Below are positions 54,301-64,000 of a stretch of 64,000 nucleotides of DNA, piece by piece. Position 1 is the first letter of the stretch. Every line of letters starts with the position of its first letter. The notes beneath the pieces are model-generated. The model was not told the origin of the DNA, ran no database searches, and worked only from the letters and a program-made list of their open reading frames with translations. The stretch is from assembly GCA_043228905.1 (NCBI GenBank), contig JBHGNT010000001.1:9238001-9302000 (forward strand), written 5' to 3'. A program made the translations under genes and the position numbers. The DNA is from Azolla caroliniana (taxonomy: Eukaryota > Plantae > Polypodiophyta).

Positions 54301-55636
54301 GGTTTATAATGCTTAATTAATTCGTCCAGTTACATTTTACAAACAAGGATTAGAGATAGTTGCATGTAATGTGTTGTAAAATATTGTTTTTTGGAAACAG
54401 AACAGATATAAACGGGTACCTGTTCTTGTAAGGGGAGGTTTTCATGGCTCAGGAAAAGCTGGTGATGCAAATCGATTAAAGCTTAGGGATGCTGCAGCTA
54501 ATGCATTAGAACATGCCTCTTGCCTTATGGTACCTGTATATGCAGATCCTGCTCTCAATGAGCGTTGTTATGGTGACCTCCAGGTAGTATTGGTTTCTCA
54601 AACTGCTTTAGCTCAAAAGATTATACAGAAATTAGTGTTATTTTAGATTTATGGATTTTATCTGAATTGCATAATCCACAAATTTGTTGTATTATGTTTC
54701 CAATCAATGTGTGTCAAAATCATGAGAAAGTTACCCTGAGAAGAAAAAAATTGCACTCTTATGTTGTAGGATTAGTGCTATTTTGACATTTGAAAGTACA
54801 GTATGTTAGTTTTTTATGCTTATCGGTGTAAAACTATCAATCACCCTAAGATGTGCACAGATTTGTGTTATTGAAGACTGATTTTGAAATCTGTTATATA
54901 GACTCCACAGGAAAGATATTTCTTATTCTTCTTGTTGTAGGATATGTAGGGTTTAAGCAAAGAGGCAGCAGCAAAGGAATTTGGAGCTGACCAAGTTAAA
55001 TTGTGGCGAAGAAGTTATGACACGCGACCACCGTCCGGAGAGAGTTTGCAGGTGCATTTTCATCATTGACATTATGGATTAGTTATGCTTCTTTGTCACG
55101 TCAAATATTATAGTGTAAATTGTGAATTACTCATTCTACATGCAATGTTCAGTAACGTTGGTTGTGCACATCTTTACAATTACTTAATTTTAAAATGGGA
55201 AACATAACGAAATACCACAGCTGTCTGTGGTCAAACCTCTCTTGAGCGAATTACGTGTTTAGAAATTTATTTCAGTAAACCATCCCCTTATTCTCTATTG
55301 GGGGTTTAACCAGATGCATTGGGAGAAATAATGAAAACTTATGGGCTTCTATTTGTTCGCTTTTGTCGAGTTAAAATTTGCAAATCAACACGCTCTGATG
55401 TTTGCGTAGGATACTGCAGAACGGACAACAAAGTTTTTTAGATCAACCATAATTCCAAGATTGGATGAAGGTCGGAATGTCCTAGTAGTTGCCCATGGCA
55501 ACGTATTAAGGTGCATAATCGCCCATGTAGCTGGTTTGACAGAACCAGAAATGTTGCAGCTTCAGGTAATGTATAAAATATTACTATGCCTGTGTGTGTT
55601 ATTCACATTATTTTTTCTTGCTTTTTTTCCCTTCCC

Positions 55637-55691
<55 letters not shown>

Positions 55692-55877
55692 ATCAATGGT
55701 TTTATTTACTCACAGGTAGTAACAGGATTGCCATATGCATATGCCTTTGATGGAAGTGTGTTTGCCGAGTTTTGTGTTCTTCCACCCACTGATCCTTCAA
55801 GTAATGCTCCTAGGGAAGCATTATCTCGTGGAATTACATCCACTACAAAGTGGAGTGAGATAGATTCCCTCATTTGA
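51333..55877 (+). CDS. Cofactor-dependent phosphoglycerate mutase family protein (histidine phosphatase superfamily), 7 exons (51333-51474, 53497-53533, 53636-53777, 54401-54583, 54950-55051, 55410-55565, 55716-55877)
   Basis: LILMRHG|[12 protein letters not shown]|[22 protein letters not shown]|GLSK, WRRSYD..PP.GESL and [12 protein letters not shown]. There is a short Ser-rich N-terminal extension. Confidence 0.92.
51690..52165. repeat. Three diverged ~155-165 bp units in PGM intron 1
   Basis: ATAC.GATGGATCT.AA...GATTTTCAGTTC.AAAATTA...TTGCTGTTGCTA.GAATG...TTTTCAGCCTG occurs at about 51693, 51857 and 52010. Confidence 0.85.
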
Positions 55878-56347
55878 GGAAATTAAATTCTAATTCCATT
55901 GTCGAATGACTCATGTTTACACCATATATATTCATGAACCTTGCAAAATTTTTGAGCCATAATTTTAAGACTGTTCTACAGAGTTCAATTTCCTATTAAT
56001 TACTACAATGGTTTTCTCTAGCAGAAAAACAGGGTTTTTAAGCCTGGTTTGTTGTAACAGAAAATATGCCATATCATCTGTGAAGTTTATTACAATTAAC
56101 ATGTATAACATAAACATAGAAAGCACATCAATACACCCACACGTGAATGGCAGACAATCCCACCATTGACACAAAGTAAACCATAACTTCACACTGAATA
56201 TGGGAGGAGCAAAAAGTTAAGATTGCTGTCATTGATCCAAAGGAACGGTAAATTTACAGTCTACAATGAGTTGAGAGCTGAAGCTGATAAAAGCTTATAT
56301 ATTCGCATTTCAGCTAATATAAAATAACGTTAGTGGTCAATGGGTCC

Positions 56348-57095
56348 TCATTTTGCCTCTTTGGCTGGTGACTTGACTGCCTTCTCCTTCTTCTCGTTTG
56401 TTTTCTCTGCAGTCTTCTTTGGCAAAAGAACTTGATGAATGTTAGGCAAGACTCCACCATGCGATATGGTAACCCCAGCCAAGAGCTTCCCTAGCTCTTC
56501 ATCGTTTCTAATGGCCAATTGAATATGGCGTGGAATTATTCTGTTTTTCTTATTGTCACGTGCAGCATTTCCCGCTAGTTCAAGAACCTGAAATACAAAT
56601 AGGATTCACGATTAAGAATTGGTGCCATAATCCACAAATTGTCGTTATAAAGAACCAAAAAGAAAATTTGATCCTAACCCTAACCAATCACAAGATTGAC
56701 CAAGAACGCTAACCTACCCCAAACTAAACAAGAGGAGAAATATACTAAAACCGATCCAGAAGGGGGGTAGGAAACCCGCAGGAAATTGAATTTGAGATTT
56801 CCTACAATATAGGAATCAAGAAATATCCCGAAAGGCTAACCCCCAAGAAACAAATCAAGATTCTTAACAAAGAACCATTAGCTCTATCATTAGTGTTTAC
56901 CTCTGCAGCGAGGTATTCAAGAACAGCAGCGAGGTAGACAGGGGCACCGGAGCCAATACGCTGAGCATAACGACCTTTCTTGAGGTATCGAGCAAGACGA
57001 CCAACAGGGAACTGAAGGCCTGATCTAACAGTCTTGGAGACGGCCTTCTTCTTTGCCTTCCCGCGGCCTCCTTTGCTTGAGGTCTTGGACTCCAT
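56348..57095 (-). CDS. Histone H2A, H2A.W-like variant, 2 exons (57095-56901, 56587-56348), 144 aa
   Basis: [38 protein letters not shown]|[21 protein letters not shown]...[21 protein letters not shown]...KSPAKEAK*. Confidence 0.96.
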
Positions 57096-57206
57096 GGCGA
57101 TGGCGATGGCGATGGCGATACAACAGAGACAGACAGAGAGACGATGGCGCAGAGAAGATTAGCAGAGAAGAAGAATCGCATTACATTTGCTGTCTTGGAC
57201 TTCTGG

Positions 57207-57305
57207 AATATATACTCTTCCCCCGTGTGTCCACGTCATCGATCCGAGGCCTAAGTGTTTCGATCAACTGCCAGCCGTCGATCTTCACCTCTCCATCGAA
57301 CGGCC
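57207..57305 (-). promoter_or_regulatory. Plant histone promoter: TATA box, type I element (hexamer + octamer) and nonamer-like motifs
   Basis: CCACGTCATCGATCCGAG at 57231-57248 differs by one base from the type I consensus CCACGTCANCGATCCGCG. CCATCGAACGG at about 57293 and inverted AGCCGTCGATC at about 57273 are nonamer-like. TATATA lies at about 57209. Confidence 0.8.
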
Positions 57306-57673
57306 TGCGATCATTCTTCTGTTCCAACGATTTCCGAGCCATAGGCTCGGTGCAAAAGACTCACTCACGCCCACGACACACTCTCTCGTCTCCTTCCGCC
57401 TCCCACAATAATAATATATCCTTCGGTTAGAAGCCTCATCGGGTTTAATGAAATTGTGTGAAAATTTTCACTAGTTAATGTTTCTGCTCTGCAAGCCCTT
57501 CCCTTGCAATGCAATGTCTGAAGCTTTCTCGGTTCCTCGGGTGTATGAAAAAGAGTGGAAATTTGAAACTATGCTTGCTACTCTTTGCCTACAAACCTTC
57601 CAATCAAAAACGATTTTAGCCACTTGATTCGTTATTTTCTTTCTTTTTTAGAACTTAGAAGCCATTTTATACC

Positions 57674-57892
57674 TTGTAAAATTGATTGAGATTACTAGGT
57701 CGATTAACTTGATTTATTATACTTCTTTCTTGTTTGCTTATATATGTTCTTGCTAACACATCAACCTTGGTTTTCGAGTGATTGTAAAATTGATTGAGAT
57801 TACTAGGTCGATTAACTTGATGTATTATACTTTATTCGTGTTTGCTTATAAATGTTCTTGCTAACACATCGACCTTGGTTTTCAAGTGATTG
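57674..57892. repeat. Tandem duplication, 2 x 108 bp
   Basis: TTGTAAAATTGATTGAGATTACTAGGTCGATTAACTTGAT...CCTTGGTTTTC.AGTGA starts at 57674 and again at 57782. Confidence 0.93.
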
Positions 57893-58190
57893 TCAATCTC
57901 AACTTTGACCAAATATATAAAAGGTATGCAAAAACATTAAGCATCTTCCGGTAATTTATGTTCTTAATTTTTCAATAGCAACAAAGTTCTAAACTCATAA
58001 AAGCAAATACACATCTTCACAAATGTGCTGAATTGAGTTGGTTCGAATTCTAAATGGTGCATGTCTCCCCTTTCTCCAAAATCAATCACTAGTGTTAGCA
58101 ATTAATGTTTTTGTGCACATTGAGGAGGGTTAAGTGAAAGGTCATGCATGTGTAGCTTATTTAGAGATATAACACAACCATTGTCATGAA

Positions 58191-60565
58191 TATTGCGGAA
58201 TATGAAGCTAGCCACAACTGGTCAACATGTGCCAATGAGAGATCCAAAGATCAAGACAACAATACACAAGAAAAGAAAGTACAGAGACACAAGATCCTTT
58301 TTTACGTGGAAAACCCTAAAAGGGAAAAACCACGGGAGTTCACATACTCCAAGTAATCAATATAGTAGGAGGAATATACAACAAGAAACTCAAAGGAAAC
58401 AACCTTAAGTTCTTCTTCGTCCACAAAAGTTACAAGAGTTACAACAAGGCTACGAAGTAGTCATTGGGGGTACGCAAGTTAGTCTCTTACTCTATGCAAA
58501 CGACATAATTTCGTTCTCGTAGTTTGAACACAACTTACAAAAGCACCTTAATGCCCTAGATGACTTTTGCACACAAAGAGGATTGATAGTGAATCTAGCG
58601 AAAACTAAAGTCCTTATCTTTCATACATCGTCTCGAGTTAGGATTAAATGTCACCTAATCCTCTCTCATAAACTAGTTGAGGTAGTTGGATCATATGTAT
58701 ATTTGGGAATCACTTTTAGTGCTCTCTCAGGTAATTTCTTGATGACCCAAGCAGCCAAAGATAGGCGAACGAGAGGGTATGCATCCCTCTCACTCTTAGA
58801 GAGACCATGTCACCATGCATACTTTCAGAGAACCACGAACTAAGGGATGGGCTCTTCGACTCATTAGTGACCCCTTCTCTCATGTATGCATTAGTAGTTT
58901 GGGCTCCAGGTCTACCATCTTTCATGTGAACACAATTATAGAGACCTTTGGTGACGATGTTATCACGTCAACTTCGAAGCAAATTGATAGTACCACATGG
59001 CATTATTAGAGCAGAGTTCAGTTTGCCCCCGATGTTAGTAGAAGCACTTTTCCAACTTGGAATTTTTATTCATAGGATACATATCCAACCACAAGATAGG
59101 ATATCTCGTCAAGTTTTTGAGGCATCCTAATCCCTATATGCGTCCGGAGATATTAGCTCTTGGTATAGCATTGTAGTGAGTTGGTTACTTGCAAATGGCA
59201 TAGACATTAATAACCTACCTCCCCTTAAGTACAACCATGGGATTGATAAAACTTTAATCTCTGGTGAGGACCATAATAAAGTAATACGCCAAGAAATATG
59301 GCAAATTTACACTCGATATAAATGGATCACCCCACGAGAGCCACTCCCATCTAAAATGTTGTGCTATAAGGAACACTTCATGTACTTCTCTAAGTTAGGT
59401 TTTATTACACGACCAAAATATCTAGATACATTATTATCAAATGCACTAAGGTTTGCCATTGGACAACTTAGGATATCATCTCACCAACTTGAGATTGAGA
59501 ATGGTCATACCAATGGAGTCCCTAGAGAGGAAAGGATATGTAGATTATGTCACATAGAGATAGAGGATGAGTATCACTTTACATGCAAGTGTCCAACTTA
59601 CGCTGAGATAAGGGGAAATACCAAGACATACTAGGTTCCTCTCCCACCCTCTCCAAACTGTTAGATACCCTGGATATAAAGGGACTAGGTAGGTATATCT
59701 TAGAGCTAAAACCACATAGAGAGAATAGCTACAAAATGTTAACCATAATTGTTCTAACATTCACCAACATGTAAATAATGAAACTTTTCAGGAACAAGGG
59801 GAGATGATGAATGTGGACACACCTGCACCACTCGGCCTTTTCCTTGTTGAAGTTGAAAAGCAAAGAACAACCAAACGCCCATCGGATGTCGGGCTTCAAA
59901 GCAACTCGACATGAAGTAGAAACAATTAAGAAGATAAGGGAACGTGAGTTGCGCCGCCTAGAAGCTATGGTTGGAGTGCCTTTTACATTAGGACCATGGG
60001 CCACATCCACATCAAAACCCTTTGACCTCCAGCTTCTTTTCAAGAGATTTGGATGGAAACAAAACTAGGCCTAGTATAAGCTCATTTCCTTTCTAGAACA
60101 TGTCTTTTTACTAGAACTCTTTAGCTTAAGTCTTATTTTATTTAATTTTTACTTTCGATGAATGGGTAAATACCCCATTTTTGTTGTAAACCAATTGTCT
60201 CATGGGCCAATTTTGGTCTTAGAAGACATTGATATATATTTCTTTCTTTCTCCTACATGCAAGTTACACTCTCTGATGCTACTAGTTACAACAACTGCAT
60301 TATGCCATAATGATTTGCCCTAGATGTATTTATACTAATACATACTATGGGCTATTTACAAATATGACCTATCTAAGCGTACCGAAACATATTTACAAAT
60401 ATGTCCTCTTTCAGATACATCTCTGGATCCAACCGGATGGCTTCCAACCAATACGGCTCCGGATCCAACCGATCCGGCCCTTGTTGATCTTCATCCGGCT
60501 CTGACATTCTTCAGACTCCAATCCGGCTCGTGCTCTTCCCATCCGGTGGGACATGTTTCCTAACA
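58191..60565 (-). mobile_element. Probable Copia (Tork/Tnt1-like) solo LTR split by a LINE (58191-58453 plus 60253-60565)
   Basis: TTTACGTGGAAAACCC...GGGAAAAACCACGGG is the reverse complement of a motif common in Tork-type LTRs. A reverse TATA (GTATTTATAC) lies at about 60326. Termini read TATTG...TAACA (degenerate TG..CA), and the flanking 5-mers ATGAA/ATCAC match only partly. Confidence 0.55.
58454..60252 (+). mobile_element. 5'-truncated, degenerate RTEX-like LINE (RT C-terminal half, CCHC domain, 3' UTR, (TTTC)n tail)
   Basis: LLLYANDII (decayed YADD), LQKHLNALDDFCTQRGLIVNLAKTKVLIF, YVYLGI and ERICRLCHIEIEDEYHFTCKCPTY. The tail matches 2655-2750, and CTAC is a possible target-site duplication. 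Confidence 0.88.
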
Positions 60566-60799
60566 ATCACGACAATTCATTCAATACCCTAAAAGTGGCA
60601 TTATTATCTATAAAGTAGTGCCATTATTAAGTCTAGTTGAACTTTCTCAATGATGCCCAGTTCGATTTTAGGTCAATGGGCAAGCTAGCAGTACTCGTGA
60701 TAACTATTGGTTCTACATCGACACATTCATTGTGGAAACTTTCTCCTCTATTACAACTAATCTATTTGGGGTCACCAAATTTTTTTATGAGCGATTGAT

Positions 60800-61200
60800 T
60801 TCTAGCATCACAAAGCCTCTTTCTCGAGTTCTCTTATAGCGGTGGCTTAGCCATAAACTATGGAGAGATTCCCTTACAATCCACCATTAGTTGCTTTTAT
60901 CCTTGAGGAACACCATGCATTTAGATATCCGTTTTTGCATGCCATTAACCAACTTTCTTTGAGGTGTGATTGTGCTAGTAGTGGTGCAGATATTTTGTGC
61001 ATTTCTTGCGACATTTTCAAGAGCTAAATATTCATGTTGCCTAAAAACCAATTGCGTATTGATTTATGCTTGCAATTGCCCCACTTTTGCCAGCATTCAC
61101 AGGCAATTATAGTAATTCTCACTTCCTATTTCTAATATCGTGATTGTTGTAACTTGTAACCATGCTCACAATCATCGAGAAGGGTGAAACTAGTGTCTAA
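60800..61200 (-). pseudogene. MULE-like relic with a SWIM zinc finger
   Basis: The minus strand at 61061-61110 translates to IIACECWQKWGNCKHK (CxC...CKH SWIM pattern). The surrounding frames are broken. Confidence 0.4.
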
Positions 61201-61649
61201 GATATTTACTTGTTCAAGTGATTCAAAAGTATCACTAACAACTTCACTTACTCGTGCCATCATTGCTATCGAATATCCATGCCTTGCATTTTGCATACCA
61301 TTTATCTCACAAGGGTATGTCGTGTTAGAGTAACTATTTTGGGTTTAGTGGGAAACTGAGCATACAAGTTTTGGTATAAAGTCCATGGTTTTCAAGTTTC
61401 AGTGGTTCAACCATCCAACATGCTTAAATGTATAGGTAGTTGCATCTTCACTACAATCATTTCAAGAAACAACAAAAATAAACACAAGCTTATTGTTATT
61501 ATTAGTGGAATGTGACAGGGGCATTTGGAAGAATTATCAGAATATGGGCAGGGGTATATCTCCCCTAATATCGTAAAACTGGACGAGAAGAAGGCCCTCG
61601 CTCCCCCCTTCTTTCCTTCCTTCCTTCTACAGACATACAGAAGAAGAAA

Positions 61650-61682
<33 letters not shown>

Positions 61683-61686
61683 AGCC

Positions 61687-63289
61687 ATGGCTCATGCTCT
61701 GCGTAACGTCCTCTCCACCTGTTTGCGAACCACTTCCTCCGCTTCTTCTCCTCTTCAGATCCGCCGATCAAGCTCCTCCGCTGTGGCTGTAGGGACTCAC
61801 ACTCTCAAATGGATGCAGGTATGATTGAATTTTTGAGATAGCGTATTTCATATTTTATCTGTTAGATATTCAAAACAAGCATCAAGAACCCTGTGGAAAC
61901 GCTCCAGAACTGGTTTAGAAATAGTTTTGAGTTTTTAAATAGCAAAATCTACCTATATTGTAAATTATGTGCGTCCACATACACTCTTTTCCCTCTCCAA
62001 AAGGAACCTTGGAATCATTTCATGGCTAAATACTTTTCATGACATCATTTATGAACAAATATTTATCTTTGGTCATATTCATTAAAATGATCTATAGAAT
62101 CCTTAGAAAGCCTTAGAAATGGTTTGGATTTTCAAAAGAAAAGGCTTGTTAAGATGCATATTATGTCTATTTTTTTTTTAATTCGTTGAAATTATGTCAA
62201 AAAGCTTTGGAAACTTTAGGTATGGTCTAGATGTGTTGATGATTTGAATGAAAAAACTTCCGAAGATGTATACTACATGAAATTATTGTATATTCGTCGT
62301 TTTTTTCTTTGAATTCGTTTAATTAAAATCTTGTGAAGTCTTAGAAGGCTGAAAAATGGTTTAGGAATGCTGGAGAACATGGATAAAGAATCTTTTGAAG
62401 ATGTTGATTATATACACCATATACATTTTTTACAATCTCCAGAAGCCTTGAAAGCCTTAGAAATTGTTGAGGATTTGAATAAAATATTCTAAAAATGTAG
62501 ACTACGTGTTAGGACTGGCTTGCTATATTCAAATCTTTGTTATGGAAATTCTGAATGTAATCTCTATGTTTCATTGCTTTGTGGGCTGGCCCAAAGCTTT
62601 GTGCGCGTAGGAAATGATATCTTCTTCTCATTAATAAAAAATACTAATGTGGCAAACTTAAGGGTCCTGTCATGCCATGTTTGACAGATTTATTCCGCTA
62701 TAGCTATGTGTTCATATCTACCTTTGTCAATCTCGAACTGAGATTTGAATAGTTCTTGAGATGCCCCATCATCATGATCCCATTTGGTTAGATTACATCA
62801 CAGAGCAGAAGGGGAAATGGTTATAGGAAGCAATGAGAGGATTTTACAATTGTTTCATGTATGCTTACTTCTTACCTGTCAGCTATGATTAGTTTAATTG
62901 ACAGATATTAGAAGCTAATAATATATATTCTGGTAGCACTTTTTCCAGATGATCTAACTGATGCAAGCGATTTCTTATGGTCTTTGTATTTGCTACGAAG
63001 CAGAATCTGGAGAAGAAATCTCCAATGGAATACATCAATGAGGTTCCACCAATTGTTTGTGAAGAACGCATTGTTGCATGCATTGGAAGTATGTATTCAC
63101 TCTTTGTGACCTTCGCCATTTCTTTTGCAAAAATAAATAATAAAGTTCTCTGGATTGCGTTTACTTTTTGCAGGTGACAACCCGGCATTAGGTCACCCTG
63201 TGGAGTATATCTGTATAAAATCCGATGAACCTAGTGTCTGCAAATACTGTGGGCTCCGGTATATTCTATCTGCTAATGGTGGTCATTAA
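61687..63289 (+). CDS. NDUFS6: NADH dehydrogenase (complex I) 13 kDa-A zinc-finger subunit, 3 exons (61687-61818, 63004-63088, 63174-63289)
   Basis: Mitochondrial presequence followed by HTLKWMQ|NLEKKSPMEYINEVPPI..EERIVACIG|SDNPALGHPVEYICI...PSVCKYCGLRY (zf-CHCC). Confidence 0.95.
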
Positions 63290-64000
63290 CTGACTCAAGG
63301 TTCAAGGATGGTTATCATAACAAAATAAATGGATAATTTATGAGAGAAGCATATACAGCTCATTTGGAAGTTTCTTCAACTGATATAGAAGGATTTCTTT
63401 TAGAAGATCCAGTTTTAATGTATTGAAGTCCTTTATATACATTTGTGATGGTTAATTTGTTCAGATGTACTCTTTTGCCTTGTAATAAGAACATTTATTC
63501 TCGATCTCATCATATGATGGAACTATACTTCCTATGAAGCAAGTATTGCATCATGGCAATCACCAACTAGTGCATAATTGAGAGCTTCTTGTAGTTAACT
63601 CGGCAACACCAACAAAGTTGGCGTGTCTCTTACTCGACTCTGAACAGTGTTTTGTATTTTTGGATGTCTAATTGATTGACTTTTTGGGGTATCCACGCAC
63701 CTTGTTCATTACTGCTGAACAAAAGATGAAGGCTAATTACTGTCACTAAAGTGCTGCTAGCATCCATTCCATATCCTAGATCAAGAAGAAGAAGCTGGCA
63801 TCAACTATATTTTCAGCGACCTTTGATTAGCTTGTCTCCCAGCAAAATCTTACAAGGTTTCATCAATGGATTGTTGTTATCCTTCTTTTTTATGTCTCAT
63901 TGTTCCGATTGTCCCTCAAATATGGCACCTCTTAATTTTTGGGCTCTCCTTTCACTCGGGTATTGCAACATCAGGCTGGATATTTTGAAAAAGCCATGTC

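Noticed and set aside
62995-63006. NAGNAG acceptor (AAG CAG) in NDUFS6
   Set aside because: This is a common phenomenon and would only add or remove one Gln.
7349-63289. Functional gene cluster (for example organelle lipid/quinone or telomere/chromatin genes)
   Set aside because: The neighbouring genes belong to unrelated pathways and compartments. Nothing in the sequence supports co-regulation beyond ordinary gene adjacency.

Overview
Eukaryotic nuclear DNA from a land plant, AT-rich with GT-AG introns and many (GA)n/(CT)n microsatellites. An intact IFT20 gene points to a lineage with flagellated sperm; a fern is my best guess. I can support nine spliced protein genes: ARMC6-like (partial), DGS1/NCA2, glutamate decarboxylase, LPA2, IFT20, a TRF-like telobox Myb protein, a divergent tocopherol-cyclase-like protein, a dPGM-family phosphoglycerate mutase and NDUFS6. 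A tenth is an H2A.W-like histone with a type I histone promoter. There are also three intact tRNA genes (two Glu-UUC, one Ala-AGC) and one tRNA-Glu pseudogene. TE relics include RTEX-like LINEs and their 3' tails, a 5'-inverted L1, a pogo transposase, a Copia-type LTR, MULE/SWIM remnants and SINE/MITE candidates. About a dozen local 27-220 bp tandem duplications are scattered through the window. I found no demonstrably new multi-gene system. The best leads are the non-VTE1 tocopherol-cyclase-like gene, the LINE family whose palindromic 3' end recurs next to TC-rich microsatellites, the twin-primed L1, and a stop-containing tandem splice acceptor in the PGM gene. Family assignments come from recalled motifs, not database searches, and exon boundaries were read by eye.
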